The notes: generated from the letters alone by a model not told the origin. DNA of 64,000 bases from Candidatus Woesebacteria bacterium (GCA_035402805.1 DAONDY010000001.1:13697-77696); one strand, 5' to 3'; numbered from the stretch's first letter, positions 18,923 through 28,978 are shown. Program-made: numbers and translations.

Positions 18923-19966
18923 ATGGTTAGCAGAATTCTTACTGAAAAAGATAGAGAAAAATACAATAAATTAATTATTCACCCAGTTCAAACGTGGGAG
19001 TGGGGAGATTTTCAAATTTCCCAAGGTCATAAAGTTTATCGTCTTGGTTGTTTTGATGACCAAGATAAAATGATTTCTGCTTATTCTGTAAGTTTTCATA
19101 AAATTCCTAAAACTAAGTTTTCTATTGGAACAATTCTTCGTGGTCCAGAAATTAATGACGAAATGGTAAATAAAATTAATGAAATTGCCCAAAAGGAAAA
19201 TGCCATTTTTGTTAAGTTTGAATCAAATTCTATCTATAAAAATTATGATTCTTTCAACAATGAAACCTTAGTTAATTCCAAACCACAATTTCTTAATTTA
19301 AAAAAATCGCCTAAAGTTGCCTTTTATCCTTTCACTTATTTAATTGATTTAACTAAAACCGAAGATCAACTTCTAGAATCGATGCATCCTAAAACTCGTT
19401 ACAACATTAGAGTTGCCAATCGTTATGGAGTTGAAGTTAGGGAACAGACCGACGATAAAGGTTTTGAAATTTATTTAAAATTGCTTTTTGACACCACTAA
19501 ACGTCAAGGTTTTTATCTTCATAATGAAAAATATCATCGTGATTTATGGAAGAAATTAAAATCCACTGGCATGATTCATATTATGTTGGCCTCTTACCAA
19601 AACCAAGTTTTATCTGCTTTTATGATTTTTAACATTAAGGATCGACTTTTTTATCCCTACGGTGCTTCTCTCGATACCAATCGTCAAGTCATGGCTCCGA
19701 CTCTTTTGATGTGGGAAGTAATTAAACTTGGTCAGAAATTAAAATGTAGCACTTTTGACATGTGGGGTTGTCTTGGTCCTCACGCTAAAGAAAATGAAAA
19801 TGGTTACGGTTTTCATAGATTTAAGCAAGGTTTTGGTGGTCAACTAGTCGAGTATGTTGGAACTTATGATTTAGTCACCAATCCGGTTTTGTACAAAATA
19901 TACAATTCTGTTGATAAAATTCGTTGGTATCTTCTTCGTCTCAAAGCTTCAATCTTTAAAAAATAA
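18923..19966 (+). CDS. FemAB-family peptidoglycan interpeptide-bridge aminoacyltransferase (FemX-like)
   Basis: 347 aa. The N-terminal IHPVQTWEWGDFQ matches the FemX/FemAB signature (QSWEWGEFK). Two GNAT-like halves. Confidence 0.65.
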   Translation: MVSRILTEKDREKYNKLIIHPVQTWEWGDFQISQGHKVYRLGCFDDQDKMISAYSVSFHKIPKTKFSIGTILRGPEINDEMVNKINEIAQKENAIFVKFESNSIYKNYDSFNNETLVNSKPQFLNLKKSPKVAFYPFTYLIDLTKTEDQLLESMHPKTRYNIRVANRYGVEVREQTDDKGFEIYLKLLFDTTKRQGFYLHNEKYHRDLWKKLKSTGMIHIMLASYQNQVLSAFMIFNIKDRLFYPYGASLDTNRQVMAPTLLMWEVIKLGQKLKCSTFDMWGCLGPHAKENENGYGFHRFKQGFGGQLVEYVGTYDLVTNPVLYKIYNSVDKIRWYLLRLKASIFKK

Positions 19967-19973
19967 AAAAGAA

Positions 19974-20009
19974 GGGTGTATATTACAAAAAGTTAAAAAA
20001 TATACACCC
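19974..20009. terminator. Bidirectional hairpin (10-bp perfect stem GGGTGTATAT / ATATACACCC, 16-nt loop) between convergent genes
   Basis: Inverted repeat at 19974-19983 and 20000-20009. Lies between the FemX-like gene (+) and 20017..20400 (-). Confidence 0.5.
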
Positions 20010-20016
20010 CTAAAGG

Positions 20017-20400
20017 TTAATTTGATATAACCTCACAAAGAGATTTTGAAAAATGAAATGTTGTTAAATTATCATTAGTCATAATATAACTCACTTCTAT
20101 TGCTTCGGCTCTATAACCAGATTTCTTTAGGGCTCCAACGAGAACTTCACGTTTAATGAAATAATATTTATCAAGACAATTCTCGTCACCTAAATTCTGA
20201 TCACAAAACCTAAAAAACGAACCAACTTCATCTGTTGTTTCTAATTTCAAACCAACTAAAAGGTTTCTAATTCCTTGGTCTAACAACTTGCCATTACCTA
20301 AATCGCTTGGTGCAACTTTAATTTCAATTAACATTTTATCCCATACTATCCTTTCAAAGTACTTTTTGTATCGAAGTATATCATAATAATAAAGCCTCAA
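20017..20400 (-). CDS. Hypothetical protein (orphan, opposite strand)
   Basis: 127-aa ORF with no recognisable motifs. Sits in a divergent/convergent intergenic pocket. Confidence 0.35.
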   Translation of the reverse strand: MRLYYYDILRYKKYFERIVWDKMLIEIKVAPSDLGNGKLLDQGIRNLLVGLKLETTDEVGSFFRFCDQNLGDENCLDKYYFIKREVLVGALKKSGYRAEAIEVSYIMTNDNLTTFHFSKSLCEVISN

Positions 20401-20427
20401 TTTTTAAAAAATAGGTTAAAATAGACT

Positions 20428-20727
20428 ATGTCCGATCCAAAAATTTCTATGGCCGACCTAGAGCATATTGCTAAATTAGCCAGAATTAATTTATCTGAAC
20501 CAGAAAAAAAAACCTTTCTACCTCAACTCGAATCTGTTTTGGAATATCTTGATGTTTTAAATCAAGCTAATGTTGAAAATATAGAACCAACCTATCGTGT
20601 TAATGATCAAAAAAATATTTTAAGAAAAGATGAAGTTGCCGAGTCTTTTAACCAAAAAACAGCACTTTCTAGCGCCCCAAAAACCCAAGATGGTTATTTT
20701 ACTGTTCCTCAAACTATTAAAAAATAA
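20428..20727 (+). CDS. gatC: Asp-tRNA(Asn)/Glu-tRNA(Gln) amidotransferase subunit C
   Basis: 99 aa. IAKLARINLSEPEKKTFLPQLESVLEYLDVLNQ is GatC-like. Directly precedes gatA. Confidence 0.8.
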   Translation: MSDPKISMADLEHIAKLARINLSEPEKKTFLPQLESVLEYLDVLNQANVENIEPTYRVNDQKNILRKDEVAESFNQKTALSSAPKTQDGYFTVPQTIKK

Positions 20728-20728
20728 T

Positions 20729-22192
20729 ATGGATTTAAAAAGTTTAACTATTTCTCAAATTCAAGAATTGCTGTTTTCTAAACAGATTTCTGCCGTCGAA
20801 ATTGTTAAATTTTATTTGCAAAGAATTAAAAAACTTGATCCTCAAATTAAATCTTTTATTACTGTAACAGAAAAAGAAGCCTTAAAACAGGCAGAAAATA
20901 TTGATAATAGAATTAAAAAAGGAGAGTCAGTCGGTAAATTAGCTGGTGCTGTTATGGCTGTTAAAGATATTTTCTTAACCAAAGATATTCAAACCACGGC
21001 CTCGTCTCAAGTTTTAAAAGACTATGTTCCCCAATATTCATCAACTATTTATCAAAAATTAATTAATGAAGATGCCATAGTTATTGGCAAAACCAATACT
21101 GATCCTTTTGCTTTTGGAGGGTCAACCGAAAATTCTGGCTTTTTTACAACTAAAAATCCTTGGAATCTTTCTAAAGTTCCCGGTGGTTCATCTGGTGGTT
21201 CTGCCGCCGCCGTAGCCGCTGATTTTTGCCAATTTGCTCTCGGTACCGATACTGGTGGTTCCATTCGTTTACCGGCCTCTCTGTGTAATATCAGCGGTCT
21301 AAAACCTACATATGGATTAAATTCTCGTTATGGCATCACTGCCATGGCTTCATCTTTTGATTGTCCTGGTGTTTTTGCCAAAAATGTTTCTGATTTAGCT
21401 CTAGTCACTGAAATCACCGCTGGTATTGATCCAAAAGATGCTACTACCATTAATAACCCAGTTCCAAATTACTCCCAAATTTTAGGTGATATTGATTTGA
21501 AAAAATTAAGAATTGGTATTCCTAAAGAATATTTTATTGATCCGATTAATATTGAAGTTAAAGAAAAAGTGATGAAAGCCGCTAAGCTTTTTGAAAGTAA
21601 TGGTGCCACTCTTGTTGATATTTCTTTACCTTCAACCAAACTCGGAATTGCTGTCTATTATATTTTGGTTCCTTCAGAAATCTCTGCCAACATGGCTCGT
21701 TATGATGGTATCCGTTTTGGTCGTAACACTAACAATAATCCAGATATTACTTCTTATTACATGAATACTCGTGGTCAATACATGGAGGCTGAAGTTAAAC
21801 GTCGAATTTTAATTGGAACTTATGCTCTATCTTCTGGTTATTATGATGCTTATTACACCAAGGCCTCAAAAGTTCGTACCCTTATAAAAAATGAGTTTAC
21901 CAATGCTCTTAAAAACGTCGACGTTATTTTAGCCCCAGTTTCTCCCACAGTCGCTTGGGATATTGGCGCCAAGGCCAACGATCCGCTTCAAATGTATTTA
22001 GTTGATGCTTTTACAGTTTGTATTAATGTCGCCGGAGTTCCATCAGTGGCTTTACCTTGTGGCTTTGATCAGACCAATTTACCTATCGGTTTTCAATTAA
22101 TTGGTAATTTTTTTGAAGAAGCTAAAATCCTTTCCATTGCTCACCAATATCAACAAATTACCGATTTTCACACCAATACTCCAAATTTATGA
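20729..22192 (+). CDS. gatA: Glu-tRNA(Gln) amidotransferase subunit A
   Basis: The track ORF begins at 20630 inside gatC. ATG at 20729, 1 nt after the gatC stop, gives MDLKSLTISQIQEL... Amidase signature GGSSGGSAAAVA present. Confidence 0.9.
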   Translation: MDLKSLTISQIQELLFSKQISAVEIVKFYLQRIKKLDPQIKSFITVTEKEALKQAENIDNRIKKGESVGKLAGAVMAVKDIFLTKDIQTTASSQVLKDYVPQYSSTIYQKLINEDAIVIGKTNTDPFAFGGSTENSGFFTTKNPWNLSKVPGGSSGGSAAAVAADFCQFALGTDTGGSIRLPASLCNISGLKPTYGLNSRYGITAMASSFDCPGVFAKNVSDLALVTEITAGIDPKDATTINNPVPNYSQILGDIDLKKLRIGIPKEYFIDPINIEVKEKVMKAAKLFESNGATLVDISLPSTKLGIAVYYILVPSEISANMARYDGIRFGRNTNNNPDITSYYMNTRGQYMEAEVKRRILIGTYALSSGYYDAYYTKASKVRTLIKNEFTNALKNVDVILAPVSPTVAWDIGAKANDPLQMYLVDAFTVCINVAGVPSVALPCGFDQTNLPIGFQLIGNFFEEAKILSIAHQYQQITDFHTNTPNL

Positions 22193-22216
22193 AAAATTTA
22201 AATTTTAAATTTTTGA

Positions 22217-22267
22217 CTTCTCCCTTTTTTAAGGGGAGATGTCGCTTTAGCGACAGAGAGGTTTTAA
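22217..22267 (+). repeat. Copy B of the two-hairpin repeated element (stem 2 = UGUCGC-UUUA-GCGACA)
   Basis: CTTCTCCCTTTTTTAAGGGGAGATGTCGCTTTAGCGACAGAGAGGTTTTAA, ending 2 nt before the gatB ATG. Confidence 0.7.
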
Positions 22268-22268
22268 T

Positions 22269-23717
22269 ATGAAAATAACCCCTATTATTGGACTTGAAGT
22301 TCATGTTGAATTAAAAACAAAATCAAAAATGTTTTGTTCTTGCTCAGCCGAACATTTTCATGTTGATCCCAACACTCACACTTGTCCTACCTGTCTCGGC
22401 CTTCCAGGGGCTCTTCCAGTGCCAAATAAAACTGCCTGTGAATGGTGTCTTAAATTAGGACTTGCTCTTGGTTGTACTCCCAACGAATCTAGTTTTTTTG
22501 AAAGAAAAAATTATTTTTATCCTGACTTGTCTAAAGGTTATCAGCTTACTCAATATGAAAAGCCTTTTGTTGTTAATGGCAAAATTAAGGTTGGTGATCA
22601 AGAAGTCAGAATTAATCGTGCTCATATGGAAGAGGATACTGGCAAATCTGTTCATATCAAAGACAATAGTCAAGAGTTAACTCTTATTGATTACAATCGT
22701 TGTGGTGTTCCATTGGTCGAGATTGTTTCCGAACCAGACATAACTTCTCCGGAAATGGCCAAAGATTATTTACTCAAAATGCAGCAAATTATCCGATATT
22801 TAGGCATTTCCGATGCAGACATTGAAAAAGGTAGTATGCGTTGTGAACCAACCGTTAATTTAAAAATAGAAAAAGATGGTCAAGAATTTTTTACTCCTTT
22901 AGTTGAAATTAAAAATGTTGCCTCTTTAACTGGTGTTCAAACAGCTATTGATTTCGAAATTAAACGTCAAACCGAAGCTTTTAATCAAACTGGCGAAGTC
23001 AAATCAAAAACCAATAAAAACACTTATGGTTGGGATGCTGATAAAAACCAAACTTTCTTACAACGCGAAAAAGAAGGTTCTTCAGATTATCGTTATTTTC
23101 CTGAACCAGATATTCCTCATATTGAATTTACCAAAGCCGAAATTGAAGCCATTAAGGCCACTATCCCTGAATTGCCTGATCAAAAAATAGAAAGATATAA
23201 AAAAGATTTTGCCTTAAACGATTATGATGCTAATCTTTTGGCTTCTGACTTTTCTTTTTCACAGGCTTTTGAAAAGGCTATTGGTCAAAATCCAGAATCA
23301 GCTTTCGTCAAATTTACTGCCAATCTATTTTTAGGTGCCATTAAAACTTATTTAAATGAATCTCAAAAAGATCTCGATATTAATAAAATTAATTCGAAAT
23401 ATTTTAAAAACCTTTTTGATTCAGTTTCTAAATCTGAAATCTCAGCTACTGTTGCCAAACAAGTTATCGTCGAAAGTTATTATATCGATCAAGACCCAGT
23501 TGAAATTGCTAAAAATTCTGGATTAATTCAAGTTTCCGATTCTAGCGAAATTGCCAAAATTGCCAAAGAGGTGATTAATACTAATCCAAAAGCAGTTGAT
23601 GATTATAAAAAGAACCCAGCCTCAATTGGCTTTTTAATTGGTCAATTAATGAAAGCTTCTAAAGGCTCCGCCAACCCTAAACTAGCCAAAGAAATTTTAG
23701 AAAAATTGTTAAATTAA
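22269..23717 (+). CDS. gatB: Glu-tRNA(Gln) amidotransferase subunit B
   Basis: 482 aa. N-terminal IGLEVHVELKTKSKMFCSCS, typical GatB. Confidence 0.9.
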   Translation: MKITPIIGLEVHVELKTKSKMFCSCSAEHFHVDPNTHTCPTCLGLPGALPVPNKTACEWCLKLGLALGCTPNESSFFERKNYFYPDLSKGYQLTQYEKPFVVNGKIKVGDQEVRINRAHMEEDTGKSVHIKDNSQELTLIDYNRCGVPLVEIVSEPDITSPEMAKDYLLKMQQIIRYLGISDADIEKGSMRCEPTVNLKIEKDGQEFFTPLVEIKNVASLTGVQTAIDFEIKRQTEAFNQTGEVKSKTNKNTYGWDADKNQTFLQREKEGSSDYRYFPEPDIPHIEFTKAEIEAIKATIPELPDQKIERYKKDFALNDYDANLLASDFSFSQAFEKAIGQNPESAFVKFTANLFLGAIKTYLNESQKDLDINKINSKYFKNLFDSVSKSEISATVAKQVIVESYYIDQDPVEIAKNSGLIQVSDSSEIAKIAKEVINTNPKAVDDYKKNPASIGFLIGQLMKASKGSANPKLAKEILEKLLN

Positions 23718-23747
23718 TTTCGGGAAAATCTGTTAGTATTAATTAAC

Positions 23748-23897
23748 ATGACCAAGAAAAAATCCACCCAAAAAAAATCGTCAGTTAAAAGAACCCCTGT
23801 CAAAAAAATAAAATGTTGGAGTGAAGATCCAAATTTTTTGGTGTTTTTACTTGCTGCCTCCATTGTTGCTTTTTCTTTTCTATTTCGTTTTCTTTAA
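23748..23897 (+). CDS. Small basic tail-anchored protein (49 aa, hypothetical)
   Basis: MTKKKSTQKKSSVKRTPVKKIKCWSEDPNFLVFLLAASIVAFSFLFRFL. Below the track size threshold. Lysine-rich N-terminus plus a C-terminal TM. Confidence 0.2.
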   Translation: MTKKKSTQKKSSVKRTPVKKIKCWSEDPNFLVFLLAASIVAFSFLFRFL

Positions 23898-23921
23898 TTC
23901 AGTCCTTGGTAAAATAGCCTA

Positions 23922-26900
23922 GTGAGTAATAAATCTTTTTTATCAGAATATCAGAAATTAAACCCTGAACAAAAGCTAGCTGTTGATACTATTGAAGGTC
24001 CAGTTATGGTCATTGCCGGCGCCGGCACTGGTAAAACTCAAACCATTACCTTAAGAGTCGGAAAAATTTTAGAAGAAACCCAAACTAACCCTAGTAGCAT
24101 TTTATGTCTCACTTTTACTGACTCCGCCGCTCTTAATATGCGGTCTCGATTATTAAATTTAATCGGGTCTGATGCTTACGGTGTCCGTATCTGTACTTTT
24201 CATGCTTTCTGTAATTCGGTCATCAAAGATAATCCCCAATATTTTCTTTTTTCCCAAAAAGAGTCAATTCCCCTGGATGATGTTAAAAAAATTCAAATTA
24301 TTAGAAGTTTAATTGATAAACTCCCGCAAGCCAGTCAATTAAAAAACATCAATGCTCTTTATTTTTATCAAAATGAAATCAGTAAAAACATTCAGAATTT
24401 AAAAAAAGAAAATATTACCCCGGACAAATTTGAAGAATTAATTAACAACGCCGCCGATTTTGTAAAAATTTCCGATTCTTTTGCTGACAAACTTGGCCAA
24501 ATTCGAGCCACCTCAAAAGCTTCCTCAGAAATTACTAATCTTGTTAAAGATTTAATTTATCAGCTTAAAGATTTACCTGTTTATCAAACTAAAATTAATT
24601 TATTTTTAAATCTTTACGGTCAAGAATCTCTTTCACTTTCTGATTTCAAAAAAAGTGTTAGAGATTTAATTGAAAAAACTGGGTCTCAAATTAGCAAACA
24701 AAAAGATTTATTAATTCTTTACCGTGGCTATCAACAACAATTAATTGAGCAAAATCTTTATGATTATGAAGACATGATCCTCTGGGTCATTAATGCCTTT
24801 AAAAATAATCGTGAACTTCTTTTGGATTATCAGGAAAAATTTCAATATATTTTGGTTGACGAATTTCAAGACAGCAATAATGCTCAATATGAAATTATAA
24901 ATTTACTTACTCAAAACCAAGAAACACCTAATATTTTTGTTGTTGGTGATGATGATCAGTCTATTTATCGTTTTCAGGGTGCCTCCATCGAAAATATTTT
25001 TTCCTTCTATCAAAAGTACCAAAAAGATATTAAAGTCATCATTCTAAAAAATAATTATCGCAGCCATAAATTAATTTTAGATTCTTCAAACAATGTTATT
25101 TCTCATAATGAAAATCGCATCAGCCGCTATATCGAAAATCTAGATAAATCCCTAAAATCGGTTAAAACATTTGACCCAGATCCAATTAACCTTTTTGCTG
25201 CTAGTAATTTTAATGAAGAGAATTTTTATGTTGCCAATAAAATCAAAGAATTAATAAAATCGGGAACTAAACCGTCGGAAATTGCCGTTTTATTTAGAAA
25301 TAATTCTGATGTTAATGATTTATTACCATATCTTTCTCAACTAAATATAAAATATCTTCGCTCTGATTCTATTGATATTTTTGAATCGGTTGAAATTCAA
25401 CAATTAGTTTCTCTTTTTCAGTATTTAGTTAATCCCATAAATAATGAAACCTTAGGTAAGATTTTATCTTTCAATTTTTTAGATATTAAATCTATCGACC
25501 TCTATAAACTTTATCTTTACACCTATAAAACTAAAGAATCTCTTTTTGAAATTATCGGTGACAAAAACAAATTACACGATTTAGAAATTTCACCATCTTC
25601 AATTATTAAATTAAATAATTTTTATCTTCGCGTTGCTAAAATTCAAAAATTAATTCAAAACAAACCACTTCCAGACATTTTTAATTTTGTTATTAGAAAA
25701 TTTAAATTTTTATCGTACGTTTTACGTCATCGGGACATCGAAACTTTAAAACAGTTAAACACACTCTATTCCCAATTAAAAAATTCTTTATCAATTGAAA
25801 AAATTGATCTCAAATCTTGGGTAGAGAATATTTTGCTCTTACAGGAAAATAAATTAGATCTAAAATCTCCGCCGTTAATTGACGATTTAGAAAACAGTAT
25901 TAAATTAATGACTGTTCATAAATCCAAAGGTTTAGAATTTGAACACGTTTTTCTAATCAAGGTTTTATCCGGTAAATGGGATAATTCTGCTTCACGATCT
26001 TTAATTAAATTACCTTTAGGAATTTCTGCTTCCGACGCTGTTCAAATCGATAATAAAGATATTGAAGAGGATCGCCGTCTTTTTTACGTAGCTCTTACCC
26101 GTGCTAAAAATCAAATTTATATTTCTTATCCTAAGTTTAATGATAATGGCAAAGAACAGCTCCACTCTGTTTTTATTAATGAAATAGATGATCAATTAAT
26201 CGATAAAAAATCTTCCGATTCTCAAACAGAAGCTGAAAGCTTACGACTCTTTTTCACCCCACAAAATTCCACTTTACTTTCTAAGTCACTTTCTGGTTAT
26301 ATTAAAAATTATTTAGATACTACCTATAAATTTAATATTACTCATCTCAATTCTTATCTTAAATGTCCGCTTTGTTTTTTCTTTAAAACTATTTTGCATT
26401 TACCCCAATCCAAAACCACCAGTCTTTCTTTCGGAACTAGTGTTCATGGTGCTTTATCTTATCTCTACACCAGTCTTAAAAAAGATAATATTTTAATTTC
26501 TCTTGAAAAATTTTTAGATATTTTTAAACAAAATCTTGACCGTGAACAAGTTGAAGAAAAATCTTATCAAGACCTTTTAGAGAAGGGTAAAGAAGTCCTT
26601 ACTAAATATTACGAAAATTATAAAAATTCATTTACGGGTAATTATTTTTCTGAAAGAGATTTTAAATTTTATGGTGCCCGACTTGGCAATATCCCGATTA
26701 CCGGTAAAATTGATTTAATCGATGTTACCAGTAAAAATGAGGCCAATGTTATTGATTTTAAAACCGGTCGCCCCGACGGAAAGTATCAGCAATTGTCTCC
26801 CGATGGTGATTATTTCCGTCAGTTAGTTTTTTATAAAATTCTCTGTCAGCAATCCAAGGGTTTTCCATATCAAATTAATCAAGGCACTATCGATTTCATT

Positions 26901-27092
26901 GAAACCAATCAAAAAAATCAGTTTGAGCGAAAAACTTTTAATCTCACTCAAGACGACGTTAATAAATTAACCATCTTAATTCAAGACACTTTTCAAAAAA
27001 TTTCTAATTTAGAATTTGCCCCATCTGATACTTGTAATGATCCCGATCATCTCCATTATTTGTTTGATAAATATTTTAAAAATGAAAGTTAA
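23922..27092 (+). CDS. UvrD-family helicase fused to a C-terminal PD-(D/E)XK RecB-type nuclease (AddA-like)
   Basis: 1056 aa, GTG start. Walker A AGAGTGKTQT, motif II VDEFQDSNN, then VGDDDQSIYRFQGA. C-terminal IDLIDVT...DFKTG...YFRQLVFYKIL matches the RecB/Cas4-type nuclease motifs. Confidence 0.8.
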   Translation: MSNKSFLSEYQKLNPEQKLAVDTIEGPVMVIAGAGTGKTQTITLRVGKILEETQTNPSSILCLTFTDSAALNMRSRLLNLIGSDAYGVRICTFHAFCNSVIKDNPQYFLFSQKESIPLDDVKKIQIIRSLIDKLPQASQLKNINALYFYQNEISKNIQNLKKENITPDKFEELINNAADFVKISDSFADKLGQIRATSKASSEITNLVKDLIYQLKDLPVYQTKINLFLNLYGQESLSLSDFKKSVRDLIEKTGSQISKQKDLLILYRGYQQQLIEQNLYDYEDMILWVINAFKNNRELLLDYQEKFQYILVDEFQDSNNAQYEIINLLTQNQETPNIFVVGDDDQSIYRFQGASIENIFSFYQKYQKDIKVIILKNNYRSHKLILDSSNNVISHNENRISRYIENLDKSLKSVKTFDPDPINLFAASNFNEENFYVANKIKELIKSGTKPSEIAVLFRNNSDVNDLLPYLSQLNIKYLRSDSIDIFESVEIQQLVSLFQYLVNPINNETLGKILSFNFLDIKSIDLYKLYLYTYKTKESLFEIIGDKNKLHDLEISPSSIIKLNNFYLRVAKIQKLIQNKPLPDIFNFVIRKFKFLSYVLRHRDIETLKQLNTLYSQLKNSLSIEKIDLKSWVENILLLQENKLDLKSPPLIDDLENSIKLMTVHKSKGLEFEHVFLIKVLSGKWDNSASRSLIKLPLGISASDAVQIDNKDIEEDRRLFYVALTRAKNQIYISYPKFNDNGKEQLHSVFINEIDDQLIDKKSSDSQTEAESLRLFFTPQNSTLLSKSLSGYIKNYLDTTYKFNITHLNSYLKCPLCFFFKTILHLPQSKTTSLSFGTSVHGALSYLYTSLKKDNILISLEKFLDIFKQNLDREQVEEKSYQDLLEKGKEVLTKYYENYKNSFTGNYFSERDFKFYGARLGNIPITGKIDLIDVTSKNEANVIDFKTGRPDGKYQQLSPDGDYFRQLVFYKILCQQSKGFPYQINQGTIDFIETNQKNQFERKTFNLTQDDVNKLTILIQDTFQKISNLEFAPSDTCNDPDHLHYLFDKYFKNES

Positions 27093-27513
27093 AATAAGAC
27101 GTTTTGACAAAAGTTTACCAATGCCTGTTTATAAAACACCTGGCTCTGTAGCTGTCGATTTATATTCCAGAGTCGATGTTGAAATTCCTGCCGGTGAAAT
27201 TTTTTATATTCCCATGAATATTGCCATAGAAATTCCTCAAGGTTATTTTGTTTTATTAGCAGCTAGAAGTTCAGTTCACAAAATGGGTATTCAACCAATC
27301 AATGGAGTTGGAATTTTTGATCGTGATTTTTGCGGTGACAACGATGAATATCATTTTATTGTCAGAAATTTTACTAACGATACAGTAAAAATAGAAAAAG
27401 GAACTCGTCTTTGCCAACTTTTATTAATGAAATACGACATTTTTGAGTTTGAGGAAGTTAATGAAATGGGTAATCCTTCCCGTGGTGGTATTGGCTCAAC
27501 TGGAACAAAATAA
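27082..27513 (+). CDS. dut: dUTP diphosphatase
   Basis: Track ORF trimmed to the internal start MKVKIRRFDKSLPMPVYKTPGSVAVDLYS... dUTPase motifs AARSS, GIFDRDFCGD and C-terminal RGGIGSTG. Confidence 0.8.
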   Translation: MKVKIRRFDKSLPMPVYKTPGSVAVDLYSRVDVEIPAGEIFYIPMNIAIEIPQGYFVLLAARSSVHKMGIQPINGVGIFDRDFCGDNDEYHFIVRNFTNDTVKIEKGTRLCQLLLMKYDIFEFEEVNEMGNPSRGGIGSTGTK

Positions 27514-27523
27514 TTAAGATTGA

Positions 27524-28624
27524 ATGATAAAATTTAGTATGACATTTGTTTATATTCTTCTTCTTTTAATTCTCGCCACCTTACTTTTTTTGATTTTCAA
27601 ATCCAAAAAATCTAATTCCGAAGATTTAAATAAAGAAATTTCTAATTCTTTAAATCAAATTTTCCCCGAAGTTTTGAAAAACGCCAATCAACAATTAATT
27701 ACCATGGCCGATCAAAAAATTGGCACTGATTTAAACAACAAAAAGCAGGCGATTGAAGAATTAGTCAACAGGGCATTAACCGAAATAACCAAAAATAATG
27801 CCAAAATGGAAGAAGTTGAAAAATCTCGTATTGGTTCCTTTTCCACTTTAACTGAAAAATTAGAAGAACAAAAAGTTTTGACTCATCAATTAAAAACCAC
27901 CACTGAAGGTCTTAAAAACGTTTTAAGTAACAATCAAATGCGTGGTGCTTTTGGTGAACAAGTGGCCGAGGATTTATTAAAAATGTCTGGTTTTGTATCT
28001 GGAGTCAGTTATGATAAACAGCTCTCTGGCGACACTTCCCGTCCCGATTTTACCGTCTATATGCCCGATCGTATGAAGATTAACGTCGATTCTAAATTCC
28101 CTTATCAAAATTTAGTCAAAATGAGTGAGTCTGATAATAAAGAAGAAAAAGAACGTTTCAAAAAATTATTTGAACAAGATATTAAAACTAAAATTAAAGA
28201 GGTGACTAGTCGCGAATATATTAATCCTGAAGAAAATACTGTCGATTTTGTCATTCTTTTTATTCCTAATGAAATGATTTTTAGTTTTATTTACGATCGT
28301 TTTCCAGAAATTTGGCAAGATGCCATGGCTAAAAAAGTTATTTTAGCTGGCCCTTTCAGTTTTACCGCTATTTTAAGAATGGTTCATCAAGCCTACGACA
28401 ATTTCCGTTACCAAAAAAATGTTGCCACTATCATTGGTTATATCAAAAAATTTGCCGAAGAATTTGATAATTACAATAAAGGTTTCAAAGATATTGGTGC
28501 CGGAATCGAATCCTTACAAAAAAAATACACTGCTGTCGATACCACTCGCACTAATCAGTTAGTTAAAATTGTTAATAAAATTAAAACCGAAGAACCAGAT
28601 TCCAATTTAAAACTTCATGAATAA
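27524..28624 (+). CDS. rmuC: DNA recombination protein RmuC
   Basis: 366 aa: N-terminal TM, a long coiled coil, then C-terminal VDFVILFIPNE...AGPFSFTAIL characteristic of the RmuC family. Confidence 0.7.
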   Translation: MIKFSMTFVYILLLLILATLLFLIFKSKKSNSEDLNKEISNSLNQIFPEVLKNANQQLITMADQKIGTDLNNKKQAIEELVNRALTEITKNNAKMEEVEKSRIGSFSTLTEKLEEQKVLTHQLKTTTEGLKNVLSNNQMRGAFGEQVAEDLLKMSGFVSGVSYDKQLSGDTSRPDFTVYMPDRMKINVDSKFPYQNLVKMSESDNKEEKERFKKLFEQDIKTKIKEVTSREYINPEENTVDFVILFIPNEMIFSFIYDRFPEIWQDAMAKKVILAGPFSFTAILRMVHQAYDNFRYQKNVATIIGYIKKFAEEFDNYNKGFKDIGAGIESLQKKYTAVDTTRTNQLVKIVNKIKTEEPDSNLKLHE

Positions 28625-28964
28625 AAAGTTTTTTTATTATTCGCTTTCTCTTGCTTCTATTTTTTTGATTTTTGTCAATTTTGTTTCACCCGAATTTCTT
28701 TGGTCCAAAATAATTTTCTTCTTTGTTATATTTTGTTTCTTCTTTTCCGTTGTTTGTATTTTCTCACAAAAATATAAATTAAATTTATTCCTGTCTATCT
28801 ATTTAATTTTGTTAATTTTATTTTATTTTTTCCATCAACTTAATTTATTAAATTTTTGTATCCTTACCGGCATCATAATTACCGTCATATTTTTAATCAA
28901 AAACGATCAAAAATCGAAATTAAATCCCAAATCTAAGCCTAAATTTAGCAGTCAATCAACTTGA
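28617..28964 (+). CDS. Hypothetical polytopic small membrane protein
   Basis: 115 aa, 3-4 predicted TM. Overlaps the rmuC stop by 8 nt. Confidence 0.3.
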   Translation: MNKKFFYYSLSLASIFLIFVNFVSPEFLWSKIIFFFVIFCFFFSVVCIFSQKYKLNLFLSIYLILLILFYFFHQLNLLNFCILTGIIITVIFLIKNDQKSKLNPKSKPKFSSQST

Positions 28965-28978
28965 GTGATATTTACCTC

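Noticed and set aside
20630-20728. Long N-terminal extension of gatA overlapping gatC
   Set aside because: ATG at 20729, immediately after the gatC stop, gives the canonical GatA N-terminus. The extension has no homology support.
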